Source of the DNA: Mobula hypostoma
Taxonomy: Eukaryota
Direction: 5' to 3'
DNA: 64,000 nucleotides
Assembly (NCBI RefSeq): GCF_963921235.1
Contig: NC_086097.1
Location: 234,238,001 to 234,302,000 of the forward strand
Each line of letters begins with the position of its first letter. Position 1 is the first letter of the stretch. Positions 11,963 through 25,816 of this stretch are shown here, piece after piece. Under the pieces are notes generated by a model. It saw nothing but the letters and a program-made list of their open reading frames with translations, was not told where the DNA came from and searched no databases. Both the position numbers and the translations under genes were made by a program.

Positions 11963-12550
11963 CAAGTGATTTGTGGGGCAGTTCTTTGGCCACTGGGAAA
12001 AGACAGCTGGGGAGGACTTTGGCAGTAACCTTCCCTGTGATAGACTAAAAAGGAGATTCCTCTCTATTTACCGCAGTCAGATTTCCTTTCGTTCTTGAAG
12101 TCAGTCATGATCATGCTTCTCTGTGGATAGCCACCTCGTCGAGAGACATGTGAGTTCCAGGGATCCCAAGGGTGATGCCATCTGGGGCTTAGCTCTAGGT
12201 AAGTTCACCCACAATCGTAAGGTCAATGGGGTGGTCCCAGACAAAGAGCAATCCAAACAAGACCTCAGCTGTGGAGCTGGTGGAAGATGATGACACATCA
12301 CAACGGCAGCAAGGCGGAGGAAGGGTGCATGAGTGAAAGGTCTCCTGGCATTTTGTGTGCCATGTCACTGGACCCTGACCCCAATCTGTCCAGGACCTTG
12401 TGATGGCTGCCTGTGCATCAGCCTGCCGACATAAAACAAAGTCATGATTCATTACCGATTTTGTTGACTGAAGCGTTGTGGGAGACTGAAGCATCGAGAC
12501 AGCAGGTTGTGCACGTTGCTTTTGGAAGAAGGCCCCGACCTCAAATAAAG
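11963..12550 (+). mobile_element. Probable RTE 5'-UTR-like repeat remnant
   Basis: Non-coding, flanked by TE fragments; RTE assignment rests on general resemblance only. Confidence 0.3.
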
Positions 12551-12569
12551 ACCCTTTACCTCTTGATGG

Positions 12570-13260
12570 TGACTCCCAGTCAATATGTGGAAAGTTAAAG
12601 TCACCTGCTATAGCAACCTTCTATTTCTTGCAAAAGTCTGCGATCTCTCTACAAATTTGTTCCTCTAAATCCCTCGGACTGTTGGGTGCTCTCTAATATT
12701 GCCCTATTAACGTGGTTGTACCTTTCTTATTGCTCAATTCCACACATATCGCCTCACTAGATGAGCTCTCAAGTTTGACCTGATTGAAAACTGCTGTGAT
12801 ATTTCCCTGACTAATATTGCCATCCCTTCTCCTTTAATCCTTCCCCTTCCTATCATGTCTAAAACAATGGAACCCCAGAGTATTGAGCTGCCAGTCCTGC
12901 CCCTCCTGCAACCAAGTCTCACTAGTGGCTACAATATCATAATTCCAGGTGTTAATCCATGCCTTGTGCTCATCTGCCTTTCCTACGATACTTCTTGCAT
13001 TGACGTATATGGAGCTCAGGACACTAGTCGCACTATGCTCTACCTTTTGATTCCTAACTTTGTCTGAGGTCTTATCAACATCTGCCTCCACAACCTCCCC
13101 GCTCTGGTTTCCATCCCCCTGCAACTCTAGTTTAAACCCCATGGTGCAGCATTAGCAAATCTTCCCGCTAGGATATTAGTCCCCCTCCCAGTTCAGGTGC
13201 AAACCGCCCATTTGTACAGATCCCACCTTCCCTGAAGGAGAGCCAAATGATCCAAACACT
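12570..13260 (-). mobile_element. CR1 fragment spanning the ORF1 end and ORF2 endonuclease start
   Basis: IYVNARSIVGKADE...YDIVATSETWLQEGQDWQLN; TTTAAAC-TAG junction at 13136-13127. Confidence 0.88.
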
Positions 13261-13404
13261 GACTGGCGACTGCTCAAAGCTCCAAACTGTCGCGAATCAC
13301 TGCCTTTACTACTCAATCAGCGAACTTGAGTGAAACTGGGTAACCTGAAGCTAACCAGGACTCAGAAATACTTTGCCCCTTATTCCAAAGAGACACATAA
13401 TAAT

Positions 13405-14170
13405 TCAATGTTCAAAGTAAATTTTATTATCTATATATGTGGGCACGTAGCCAAGTGGTTAAGGCATTCGGCTAGCGATCTGAAGGTTGTGAGTTCAAGC
13501 CCCAGCCGAGGGAACGTGTTGTGTCCTCACTTAACACACATTGCTCTGTGACAACACTGCTGCCAAGCTGTATGGGTCCTAATGCCCTTCCCTTGGACAA
13601 CATTCGTGTCGTGGAGAGGGGAGACTTGCAGCACGGGCAATTGCCAGTCTTCCATACAACCTTGCCCAGGCCTGCGCCCTGGAGAGTGAAGACTTTCCAG
13701 GTGCAGATCCATAGTCTTCAAGACTAATGGATGCCTTTATATATGTTGCCATATACAACCGTGAGATTCATTTTCTTGTTGGCATACTCAATAAATCTAT
13801 AGAATAATAACCATAGCAGAATCAATGAAACACCACCCAACTAGGGTGTACAACCAGAGTGCAGCAGACAACAAACAATGCAAATACACAAATAATATTA
13901 AATAAACAATAATAATAAAAGAATAAATAATAGATGTTGAGAACATGAGATGAAGAGTCCTTGAAAGTGAGTTCATCGGTTGTGGGAACATTTCAATAAC
14001 AGGGCGAGTGAAGTTACCCTATGGATTCTAGAGCCTGATAGCAGAGAGGTAGCAACTGTACCTGAACCTGGTGGTGTGCATCCTGGGATTCCTGTACCTT
14101 CTTCCTGATGGCAACAGCGAGAAGAGAGCATGTCCTGGGTGGTGATGCTCCCTGATGATGGATGCTGTTT
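13405..14170 (-). mobile_element. Rex1/Babar LINE 3' end
   Basis: IIREHHHPGHALFSLLPSGRRYR...TTRFRYS. Confidence 0.82.
13441..13737 (+). mobile_element. tRNA-derived SINE with RTE-type 3' tail
   Basis: A-box tagccaagtgg, B-box gttcaagccc; 9-bp TSD TATATATGT (13432-13440/13738-13746); tail shared with the RTE at 42061. Confidence 0.88.
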
Positions 14171-14179
14171 TCCTGCAAG

Positions 14180-14555
14180 CATAATTAGGCCATTTGCCCC
14201 TCCGAGTCTGCACTGCCATTCCATCATGGCTGATTTATTATTCCTCTCAACCCCACTCTCGTACCTTCTCCCCGAAACCTTTGACAACCATACTAATGAA
14301 GAACCTATCAGCCAACCTCCACTTTAAATATACCCAGTGACCTGGCATTCACAGCTATTTGTGGCAATGAATACAACTGATTCATCACTCTCTGGCTAAT
14401 AAAGAAAAAATTCCTCATTCTGTTCTAAAGGGACGTCTTTATATTCTGAAGCTGTGCCCTCTGGTGCTCGACTGTTCGACTCCCCTACTACAGGAAATAT
14501 TCTCTCCACTTTTACTCTGTCCAGGCCTTTCATTCTTCTAAATTCCAGTGAGTAA
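14180..14555 (-). mobile_element. CR1 3' fragment
   Basis: Typical CR1 3' end (ccatcatggctgattta...). Confidence 0.75.
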
Positions 14556-15049
14556 GCAATATGCAGAAGATTCATTCACCAAAGGAAAGAGCAGATGGAA
14601 TTCACATTCAACATTCACAAGACTAAGATCCTCTACCAACCTGTCACCAATGCATCATACTGACCTGCAACAGTAAAGGTTCAAGGAAAAATCCTGAAAA
14701 TGTGGTCCGCTTGCTGAACTGTTTCTAGCTGACGGAGATCGTTACCATCGTGTTCATTTTCACACAGGCTGGGTGTGAGGTTACTACCCAATCCAAAAAT
14801 AAACAGAACAGACGTCACCAGAGGATGCTTGCAAATATGGATGCAATATGGTCAAGAGCTTTGACTCTGTGAGAGAAGGAAAGTTCCAATTCAGGAAGAT
14901 GAAAAACATTTCAAAGGCACTTGTTTTTTCATGTCACACCATTACAGCAAATATGCCAGTCCTATTAGATTGTCTCCTTAAACCTGACCATACTTCTACC
15001 TTCTTTCCTTTATTAAGTCCTGGGAACCCAACACATTATCTGTACCTTT

Positions 15050-15400
15050 GACCCAGCACCCATCAAATGACAAGGTACAAACAACCATCACCCAGCACAT
15101 GAGATACTACAAAGATTACTGTCCACAGTGAAGAAGAGGAAACTGAGATGGTATTGCCACCATAACAAGATCAAGTGGACTCACAATGACCATTCTTCAG
15201 AGAAGGGTGTAGGGATAAGGGAAAAGGGGAAAACAGAGGAAGTAATGGACTGACAATATTGCAGAGTGGACTGGAGAGAGCTTTGCCACAGCACAGACAC
15301 TTGCCCACAATCGCAAGAGATGGAAGCGGCTGGTGCAGTATCCATCTGTACCATGCCCCAACGACCCAGTCAGGTTACAGGATTCATAACTGTAACTGTA
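15050..15400 (+). mobile_element. RTE-clade LINE 3' fragment, degenerate
   Basis: Reads LLSTVKKRKLRWY..ITRSSGL..TILQ...WTDNIAEWTG...HNRKRWKRLV across frameshifts. Confidence 0.7.
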
Positions 15401-16625
15401 AATAGCCAATAATATAAAAGACCAAAAGTTTTTTCTGATATGTAAAGAGACGAAGAAAGGGGAGAGTAGATGTTGGACCACTGCAAGTCAATACTTGAGC
15501 AGTATTAATATGTGACAAAGAAAAAGCAGATGGACTTACAAGGTAAGAAATGAAAGGGTTCATGTATGAGCATTTGATGGCTCCAGGCCTGTACCTACTG
15601 GAGGTCAGAAGAATGAGAAAGAGATTTCATTGAAGCCTATCGAATATTGAAAGGTCTAGGTAGAGTGCGCATAGAGAGGATGTTTCCTAAAGTGGGGAGA
15701 GAATAGAACCAGAGTACGGAGCCTCAGAAAAGAGGGACATCTCTTCAGAACAGAGATGAGGAGGATTTTCTCTTCCAGAGGGTCATAAATCTGTGGAATT
15801 CATTGCCAGAGATGGCTGTGGAGGCCAAGTCACTGGGTCCATTTCAAGTAAAGATTGATAGGTTCTTTATTAGTGAGGTTAAGGGGAGAAGGCAAAAGAA
15901 ATCGGCAGGAGGAGAAAGATGACAGCGCGCCGCCCGTGCACAGCTCTCCGGTAAAAAATGATATCGTATCCGTTAAATAGGGGCTGTGGACAATTCTGAT
16001 TTGATGGAGAATGGGCGTGAAAGCACAAAGGAACATCTGGAGAAATCCCTGAAACGCCCGTCTGCTGCTGTCGTTACTGTGTGGTCCGGAATCTTTCAGG
16101 AGGGTAGGCCTCAAAATCCCCGACCTTGCTTGCTTTTGGCGACCGAGAAGGAGGTCGAATCATTCGGCAGAGATGCCGCTCAGCAATTGATGTCGGAGAG
16201 CTGATCAGAGCTCGAAGTTTTCGAATGACTCAGAGTCGGATTGTGGTTGGCATGGCAGGGAGAGTTTTTCTTCCTTCTCCCGTCTGTGTGAGATGTGGGA
16301 CATTTGTGAAACGTTGAACTTTACTGTGCTCACGGACTTTCTTCATCAAGTTATAGTATTGTTACACTGTAACTATATGTATAATTATGTGGTTTTGCCA
16401 GTTTTTTCAGTCTTGGTTTGTCCTGTGTTTTGTGATGTCACACCGGAGGAAATAATGTATCATTTCTTAATGCATGCATTACTAAATGACCATAAAAGGG
16501 GCCTACGTGTCTTCATAATCTAAATGGGCTGAGAGGGACCATAAATCAGCCATGATGGAATGGCAGTACAGACTCAATGGACCAAATGGCCTAATTCTGC
16601 TTCTATGAGTTATAGTCTTATGGTT
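15400..16625 (+). mobile_element. Internally deleted CR1 3' portion, interrupted by 15905-16523
   Basis: CR1 C-terminal motifs; 3' UTR ggcctaattctgcttctatg. Confidence 0.75.
15905..16523 (+). mobile_element. CpG-rich non-autonomous retroelement, copy 2 (AAGATG start)
   Basis: Related to 11278-11962; inserted in a CR1 3' UTR. Confidence 0.7.
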
Positions 16626-17261
16626 ATATTGGACTGCCCCTCTGTGAAACCTCATATTACATATTCTTTCTTACGTGTTCTATATAAATCAGTGTAGTTA
16701 ACATTGATAATGAATATAATCAACAAAGAATATCATAGGGTTGTGGAAGCAAGCTCACTTCAGGTGATCATTTTGATTGATACTTACTTGTCAAAGCCTT
16801 ATTAAACCAGCCTTGTCTTCATTCTTAAATGACGTTATTCAAATAAATATTTGGATCACTTTTACCTTTTAATGTAAAGAGATTAATGGATCCTTAAAAT
16901 TATCCTCAGTTTGAAATTCTTTCTATGCCAAATCCACGGGTACATTTAATATTTTGCAACTACTATGTTGATTGTAGAATGACTATTGTGTGGATGACAT
17001 GAAATTTACAATAGCAATGAACTCATTCTAAGGGAGTTGACATCAGTGAGGCAGCAGGATATATTGGTTTCAACATTTAGATAATGAACAGTAAATTAGT
17101 AAGACTTCTTCATCTGATTGTTGCATAGCAACCCTTGGTTGAATTGCACAGGTGAGGATAAGAACTGGGATTATTCTTGAACATTTTTTTTGAACAGTTT
17201 GCTATAAAGAACTTGAGGACTTGCAAGTCCATAATGATAGTGTGAATGAAGCTGAGAGATG

Positions 17262-17490
17262 AATGAGTTCTTCTTGGGCTTTCAGCCAGGTATGGGTATT
17301 GATTTTAACCAACTTTTCGATGGCAATCTCTGCCATTTTCATCAGGGATGAAGTCTCGTTATCTTTAGTCCACTGGTAGTTATACCTCCATCATATGACC
17401 CTCCTGATTGGTTAGCCCTCAACCAATCATGTTTCCGCTGTCCAACCTTGTTTACAATTGAATTCCAGTTCTTACTTAGCTGAGAGATGG
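17262..17490 (-). mobile_element. Penelope-like pseudo-LTR fragment with hammerhead motif
   Basis: Minus strand reads CTGATGA-aa-atggca(gagat)tgccat-c-GAAA at ~17345-17311. Confidence 0.6.
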
Positions 17491-18154
17491 TGTCCTCAAT
17501 CTGTACACCCAGATTGTGAACGAGACAAGTGACTGAGGTAACAGTTCAAACTGGCTTGCTGTACTAATTGGATCCAGGGTTCACGTGATCGAACCTGTAG
17601 GGGGAGTGACCTCTGACTAGCCCTCAGACCAGTGAACAATAGGCATGTGCTCCATTCAATCTGACCAACAAAAATAATCTATGCTTTTATGGACTAAAGT
17701 ACATGACCATACATTTTCCAACATTGTATTCCATCTGCCATTTCTTTGCCCATTCTCCAAATCTGTCTAAGTCCTTTTGCAGCCTCCCTGCTTCCTCAAC
17801 ACTCCCTGCCCCTTTACCCATCTCCATATCATCTGCAGATTTGGCCAGAAGGCCATCAATGTCAATGATTTGGACATTGAAATACAGTGTAAAAAGTAGT
17901 GGTTCCAAAGCCCCCGTGAAACACCACGTCACTAGCAGACAAGTAGAAAAAGCTATCTTTATTCCTACTCTTTGCCTGCTGCCAATCAGCCAATTCTCTA
18001 TTCATGCTAGTATCTGTCCTATTATACCATTGGCTCTTACCTTCCGGGTAGCCTCATGTGTGGCACTTTGTCAAAGGCCTGATAAAAAAGTCAAAGCGTA
18101 CAACATCCATTGATACTCCTTTCTCTATCCTGCTTGTTGTTTCCTCAAGGAATT

Positions 18155-18386
18155 ATAGACAATAGACAATAGGTGTAGGAGTAGGCCATTCGGCCCTTCG
18201 AGCCAGCACCGCCATTCACTGTGATCATGGCTGATCATCCACAATCAGTATCCAGTTCCTGCCTTATCCCCATAACCTTTGATTCCGCTTTCGTTAAGAG
18301 CTCTATCCATCTCTTTCTTGAAAGCATCCAGAGACTTGGCCTCCAAAGCCTTCTGGGGCAGAGCATTCCATATATCCACCACTCTT
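18155..18386 (-). mobile_element. Short CR1 3' end nested in the older CR1
   Basis: (TAGACAA)n tail; 3' UTR close to the young family at 35700-35800. Confidence 0.8.
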
Positions 18387-18574
18387 TTGCGACAGATTTG
18401 TCAGGCAAGATTTTCCTTAAGGAAACTTTGACCCATTTTATCATCCACCATTACTACATCTCCAGCATCATTTTCCAGTGGTCCACTACCTACTCTAGAC
18501 TCTTTTTTACCTTTTATATATTTGAAAAATCTTCTGGTATCCTCATTGATATTATTGGGTAGCTTACCTTTGTG

Positions 18575-19969
18575 CAGGTTTCCCCCGCCATCTGAAGGTA
18601 GAGCCTTCCTATGAAATGGTTCGTAAGCTGAAATGTTGTAAAGCGAAGAAGCAATTACCATTTATTTATATGGGAAAATTTTGTGAGCGTTCGCAGATCC
18701 AAAAATAACCTACCAAATCATGCCAAATAACACAAAAACCTAAAATAACAGTAACATATAGTAAAAGCAGAAATGATATGATAAATACACAGCCTATATA
18801 AAGTAGAAATACTTTTCCACAAGCATTGCCAGCACTGTTCTCCGAAGTGAAAATCTCACGCAAGCGCCATTGGCAGAAAATCTCACGCAAGCGCTGTTGG
18901 CAAAAACACAGCGCAAGCGCTCTCCAGTAACCTTTAAACTATGAAGCTGCCAAATCATACCAAATAACACGTAAAAATACACAGGCTATATAAAGCAGAA
19001 ATAATGTATGTACGGTGTAGTATCACTTGCTGGAATTGGGAATACAGCGCAGAGCCCACTGATCTGGGTCGACATTTACGTGTCGGGCAGCACCTAATTA
19101 ATTAGCTTGTTTTTTTCTGCTTTTTTCTTAAAGATGTGCCAGGTGTGTCCCGGCTACCGCTGCATTTTCCGCGAATCGGTACAATATCTGTCCAGGGCCC
19201 GGGGGTTGGGGTGGTGGGACACTGGTGTGTCATCTCATCGTCTGTTTTCATTAGAGCAGGCGGCTCATCTTCTCCTATGACTGCCTGCCTGGATGTCGAA
19301 GGTCGAGGTTCATCGTCTGCTGTGGCTGATGTGAAAGGCTTGCTTGACTGCTGAGCCTGACGCATTTTTCTATCATACAGTTCTTTGTAAGCACTCAAAC
19401 CATCCTGCAAATATCCCCTAAACCTACATACCCTTTCAAGATTAAAGTCGTACTTTAACATTGCAGTGAAAATCTCACGCAGTTGCTTGACATTCATTTC
19501 GCTACTGAATTCAGTTTTGATTGCTATCCTTTCCTCTTCCAATTGCATCAGCTCTTCATCTATCAGTTCTTGGTCATGGGATGCCAAAACCTCTTCAACA
19601 TCATCTTTGTCAGCTTCCACAAGCCAAACTCACTTTGTCCTTACTTTGTTCACCACGATCAAAATGCTTAATTATGTCTAGTTATACGCTAACTGTAACA
19701 CCCTTTCGAGCTCTTTCAGGCTTTTCCAATACCTCAGAACTCATCTTGCAAATGGCTGCTCACAGGCATGTGTTTAAGCAATGCCGGCGAGAATGCCGTT
19801 CCGAATCCAGGGCAGAGCGGCTGCTCGGGGCGCGCGCTGCCTTTTATCGCGCGCTGATTTTTTCGTAACAGTGAAAACACCTTCTGAAAGCGAAAACAGG
19901 GTACTAATGTAGGTCTTTCATAACAGTGAGGTTTTGTAAAGCGAATGTTCGAAAAGCAGGTGACACATG
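18575..19969 (-). mobile_element. Tigger/pogo-type DNA transposon, internal-deletion derivative
   Basis: Imperfect TIRs caggtttcccccgc / gcaggtgacacatg with TA on the right; N-terminal HTH-like RKGVTVSV*LDIIKHFDRGE joined to C-terminal DDVEEVLASHDQELIDEELMQLEEE...YKELY; no DDE domain. Confidence 0.82.
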
Positions 19970-22900
19970 TATTCCATCCTTTCCCGCTTTATGACTTGTT
20001 TATTTGCCTTCTGTCGGTTTTTAAAAACTTCCCAATCCTCTAACTTCCCATTGATTTTTACTCTATCATATGCCGTCTCTTCGGTCTTTATGTTGGCTTT
20101 GACTTCCCTTGTTAGCCACAATGGTGTCATCCTGCCTATAGAGTACTTCTTCTTCTTTGTAATGTATCTATCCTATACGTTTCAAATTGCTCTAAGAAAC
20201 TCCAGCTATTGCTGCTCTGCCATCATCCCTTCTAGTGTCCCCTTCCAATAAACTTTGGCCAGCTCCTCCTTCATCCCTCAATAATTGCCTTTACCTCACT
20301 GTAATACTGATACATCTGACTTTATCTACTCCCTCTCAATATTAAGGGTGAATTCTTATCATATTATTATCAATGTTTCCCAATGGTTCCTTTATCTTAA
20401 GCTCTCTAATCAAATCCAGTTCAATACACAACACCCAATCCAGAACAGCTGATCCCTGGTGGGTTCACCCACAAACTGCTCCAAAAATCTATTTCATAAG
20501 CATCCTACAAATATTCTCTTGTGATTCAAAACCAGCACCAACCTGATTTTCCTAATCTATCTGCATATTGAGATCCCCCATGACTATTGTAACATTGCTT
20601 TTTTGACATATATTTTACAGTATATCTTCCACTGTAATTTGTAGCACACATCCTGTTTATTGTTCGGAGGCCTGTATATAACTTCCATCAAGGTCTTTTT
20701 AACTTGCAGTGCCTCAACTCTACCCACAACTATTCTACATCTTCCAGTCCTATGTCACCTCTTTCTACAGATTTGATTTCATTTTTTACCAACAGAGGTG
20801 CTCCTCCCCCTCTGCCTAACTGCCTGTCTTTTCAATACATTGTGTATCCATGGATATTAAGCTCCCAGCTATAACCTTCTTTCAGCCATGCCCAATCTCT
20901 AACTGTGCTACAAGATCACCTACCTTATTTTGTATACTAAGTGCATTCAAATATAACACCTTCAGTATTGTAACAACCTTTTTGATTTTACCCCCCCGTT
21001 ACACTGCAACTCACCCTACGGACTGCCATTTTGCCCTATTCCCGTCCCACCTGACAGTCTCACTACACACTGCCTCTGCTAGTATACCAATTGCCCCATC
21101 CTCTGTTTTATCGCTCAGTTTCCCATACCTCTGCCAAATCAGTTTAAACACTCCCCATCCTTTCTGGCAAGCCTCCCCGGAAAAATAGGTTATCTTCAGG
21201 TTCACGTGTAACCCATCCCTTTTCTTCAGGTCATATCTTCCCCAGAAAAGATCCCAATGATTCAGAAATATGAAACACTGCCCCTTCCACTAGTTCCTCA
21301 GCCACGCATTCATCTGCCAAATTCTCTTATCCTTACCCTCTGTGACACGTGCAGATATTACTGCCCTGGAGGTCCTGCTTTTCAGCTTTCTACTAAGCTC
21401 CCTAAATTCACTCTTCAGGACCTCCTCCCTTTTCCTACCTATGTCATTGGTGTCAATATGTACCAAGACTTCTGGCTGCTCAGCTTTCACCTTTAGGATG
21501 CTGTAGACTTGATCCACAACGTCTCTAGCCCCGGGCACCTGGGAAGCATCTGGGTATTTCTATCGCGTTCACAGAATCTCGTGTCTACTCTTCTAAATAT
21601 GGAATCCCCTATCACTACAGCTTCCTCTTCTCCCCACTTCCCCTGTGGGCCAAAGTCCAGCGTCGGTGTCGGAGACCCGACTGCAGTGGCTTCCCCATAG
21701 TATGGCATCCTCTGCACAGTATCTAAAGTGCGATACTTTTTATTGAAGATTACAGTCTTAGGAGTACTCTGCACTGACTGCGCTTTCCCTTTCCCACTCA
21801 GGTACCTGTATCCTGCAATTGAGGAGTGAACTCCTCCTTGTAGCTCCTATCTACCACCTACTCAGTTTCCCATATAAGCCGAGGGTCATCAAGCTGCAGT
21901 TCAATTCCTCAATACGCTCTCTGAGGAGCTGCAGCTCAGAGAACCTGGTGCAGATGTGGTTATCCAGGAGGCTGAAGGTCTCCCAGTATTCCCTCATTTC
22001 ACACAAAGAACACAACACAGACCCTGGAGCCGTCCTCACTGCACTAACCATGTACTAACAGAGGAAGAACGAAGAAGAAACCTACCAGATACTTTCCTCG
22101 CCCAAGCCTGTTAAGCCCTGGCCTCTCTACTTCAACACGTAATGGCTACTCTGCTTGTCTCTGCCTTATTTTCATTTGCCCTTAATAATAGTCCACAATT
22201 TAATTGGGCCTCTGAAAAACGATGAAAGCCCGTGAACGCTCCTTTTATAAATCTCACTCACGGATAAGATTTCTCATTCTCAACTTGACTGGGTTTTGAT
22301 TTATTTGAGGTAATTTTTTGATGTTTGTATAGGAAACACAGAAATATAGACAATTTTTCCATTTCCTTTACGGTATGATTAAGGATATTTTACAATGACG
22401 GTCAGAAAATCATGCTGCTAAAAATGTTCCACAATTATAGTAAAGTGAGTTGAAAGATGAGCATATTTTATTCATATGTAAGGATCCGAACGTTGTTAGC
22501 AAGGCCAACAATTATTGCCCATCTCCATTTGTCCTTAAGAATTTTGAAATTCTTGAATTTTTTATGAAAGAGGTAAATGGATTTGCATAGCAGCCTTGAC
22601 ATTTCTTTCAGAATGTCCGGCCAAAAATGTCAACATTGTAGAGTTAATTTACACCTTACTCAGGCAAAATTTGAGCACTGGATGATATATTTAGTGATTA
22701 GAGATAAATGTTGCCCTGGACACTGATTTCTTCATAAGAATTGTGCGGTGGATTATATTTACGTCCACCTGAAAGAACAGATGGAGCTTTGATTGAATAT
22801 CTAAGCCAAATGATAACATCTCAGTGTTGTGCTGGAGGGCCAGCTTAGACTTGTATCCTCTCATTTTTGCTGAGGGATTGTATGCAGTCTTCTGACTGCC

Positions 22901-23291
22901 AGGTAAGTTGGCCATGCACTGATGCCAGATAACAGTAATACTCAAGTTTTTTTTTCTGGTTCATCTTTAGAAAGTAAATAAAGGGTTCAAAATAGAGTCC
23001 AAAGACACACCATTAAACAGTTTTTGCTGCCAAAATACCACATGCAGTCTGCTCCACAATACAGAGAGTTGCCTGATTTATATCTACAGTATGATGGTGT
23101 TAGCACACCTATAGGTCTGTATAGACCAGGAGACTGAACTGGGTGAGGGTAGGACCAGCAAATTTCACTTTCAATCTTTATAAATCAGCAAATGTATTAG
23201 CATTTTATGTAAATTGAAAAACAACTCTGACTTTTAAATAATATTCTTAATAATATTTTAATCATATTTTTAATAAGTCTGAATTCATTTT

Positions 23292-24048
23292 TGTCACATA
23301 CCTCGCGACGGGTTAAAGAACCAGCAGAGATGGAAGACACTTTGGAGTCCAGTATTACTATTAACAAATGTTATTTATTAGTAACTAAGCAATACAGTAA
23401 TATAAATGCAGATAAAGCAAACAGGTTAGCAATGATTATATATGTGTGGAAATATATGAAAACCAAGCTTCTTCAAGTCTAGGGGTAATTAGGTAGTCTT
23501 ACGATGATGAGTAAAGTTCAGTTCAGTTCGTGGTATTTAGTTGAGTAGTGATTTAGAGAGACAGAGAGAGAGAGATTTGAGTCTTCAGGTGAGCTAACTC
23601 CGTCGATCTTCCCGTTGTCCTTTGAAATCCTTTAGAAGTCACCGACTGTGACCACCACAAAGGGGACTGTTCTTCTATGGTGGAATTATCAACCCAGGTG
23701 AGGATAGACACACAAATAACTCCCCACCAGTTGCTCCCTTTTCCACACTGCGAGAGCCACTGATCGATCCTCCAAAACCCATTTTTTCTGTGGGCACAAC
23801 AAAGCTCATTCAGTGTCCAAAACCATGTGTCTGTAGGTCTATCATCTGACCTTCTATTTATGTCACCGTGCTGAATACCAACTGTCTCTCAAACAGCTCC
23901 TCCCTTCTCTCTCTGTAAGAATTTCCAAGCAGGCAGCATCCTTGTAGAAAGTAGAAACATGCTGTGAGCAGTCTTCGCCTTTCTCTCTCTTTCTTTCTCT
24001 CTCTTTTCAAAAGCACTGTTCATAGGGGTAATTCAGGACCCCGTCACA
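23292..24048 (-). mobile_element. Solo LTR-like element (Gypsy-like)
   Basis: TGTCAC...GTCACA termini, AATAAA on the minus strand near 23375, sharp compositional boundaries; no TSD visible. Confidence 0.62.
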
Positions 24049-24295
24049 GTATCCTCTAGTCATTTCAAATGTGCCATTGAAAAAGTCTGATACTTTTAAA
24101 TAATTTCTTCTCTTTGATGAGTTAATGGCTCAGGAACCAGAAAAGGGGAGGGGGGTTAAAAAAAACATAGAAAAAGGTGATCTACATTTGCAACTTTAGA
24201 TAATATTGCATTAAAGTCATCAAAGAATTTTAAGACTGCTCGGAGCTGAATACTGTAGTGCAGACGGGCACATTTAGAGAAATGGAGGTGGAACT

Positions 24296-24670
24296 GATAG
24301 AGTCATAGAGTTGTACATCCCAGGAATAGGCCCTTCAGCCCATCTGCCCACGCTAACTTGATCTTCTGTCTAGTCCCATTACCCAGACCATGTTCCTCCA
24401 AGCTCCTCTTAACCATGAATCCATCCAAACATCTCTTAAGTGCTGTAATTGAACCCTTATCTACTACTTCTGCTGGCAGCTCATTTCACGTTCACATCAT
24501 TTGTAGAAGTTTCCCCTCAGAATCTTTTTCAATATTTCAACTTTCACCTCTAGTTCTAGTCTCATCCAAACTGAGGGCAAAAAGCCTGCATGCACTCACT
24601 CTATGTACCATCCATAACTATGTGTATTACTATAAGATCTCCCCTCATTCTCCAGCATTTCAGTGAAGTC
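24296..24670 (-). mobile_element. CR1 3' fragment
   Basis: atagagtcatagag tail, ggcccttcagccc hairpin region. Confidence 0.75.
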
Positions 24671-25816
24671 CCCTAGACAGCAATTCCCATTCTCGCATCC
24701 CAAGTTATGTTCCCAGCCAAGTGCAGAAAGCGATTTATTGCTGTAATGTGTGCAGGCAGGTTATGAGAAAGACACATTTACATGTGTTTCATGGGTACAT
24801 TTCTCTTTGATTGTCCTACCCAATGTGTGGACAGGGACACTAGCATTACACTGTGCAGTTTTGTGTTGACATCTGCATCACTGAAGATAAAAATCTCTTT
24901 CACCAATAGTTCACTGGCAAAATTAAATTCACCAAAATGGGTTTGGACACTATTCTGTGAGAGCTTAATCTTATCTCTTGGCAAATTTACACATTATGTA
25001 ATGATTGTGTGTAACATTATATCATTAATCTCTTACATATATATAAAATATATGATTTGGAGTTAATTGCTCATGGGCAAATCTCTACCACAGATTTATA
25101 ATTACCACAGAATATTGAAACATAATAAAGAAACTAATAATTACTTTAAATTTTTGTCAAAAAGAACATTCATTATTTAATATTGAATATAAATAACCAG
25201 TATTATATGAATTTTGAAGCCAAAGTATAATTTTATACACATTGAAAATTTTTGTCTGAAAGGATTTTTGAGAATTATATTAAATGAAACTAGAACCAGC
25301 ATTTATAAACAAGACACATCGACCTGTTTTGTTTATTATTATGTATTAATAAAGAATTTCCCTGGGCCTTTATGCTGTTATGATGTAAATTAAATTCCTG
25401 AGTGATATTTATGTATTTAAATATAGCTCTTGTTGTTAATTTTAAAACCACAAAAATCCTTTATAAAATTAATTACTCAATTACACTTGCTACATTTGTT
25501 TGTAACAATACAATGTTAATCCCTTACACAAGCAATAAAACATAAGTACTATAGTCATTTGCTTATTGTCCAATTTCTGCCACTGACTTATAATTAGCAC
25601 TGAATGTTGAAGCAGCACTAAAACACTAACATTTTCTTTAGATTTTTGTCAAAATTAATATTCATTTTTTCATATCAGATTAAAATAATCAGTATTACTT
25701 AAGCTTTAAAGCCAAAGTATAATTTTGCACTCATTGCAGATTTTGGACAGAAAGGACTTTTGGGAATTGTATTAAATGAAAATGGAACCAGCTTTGACAG
25801 TAAAAGCACATTTACT

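Larger units (their letters stand above)
17690..22260 (-). mobile_element. Old CR1 LINE, near full-length but internally deleted (ORF1 zinc finger and SGNH esterase, ORF2 EN-RT)
   Basis: LCSLCEM...HICTRFSELQLLRERIEEL; PEVLVHIDTNDIGRK; TPLWLTREVK; AKSADDM...LQKDLDRFGEWAKKWQMEYNVGKC. Confidence 0.88.

Noticed and set aside
13441..13510. tRNA gene (also 31554-31625)
   Set aside because: Continues into a SINE body and RTE tail with TSDs; it is a SINE head.
19102..19620. Domesticated TIGD-like gene
   Set aside because: Lies within TIRs, lacks the DDE domain and has a stop in the N-terminal part; a deletion derivative.
22770..22910. Plus-strand exon ending at the CAG/GTAAGT donor (~22902)
   Set aside because: No clear acceptor and no recognisable open coding frame.
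23286..24054. TSD for the 23292-24048 LTR
   Set aside because: Flanks (TTTT versus GTAT) do not match, so the LTR call is kept at lower confidence.
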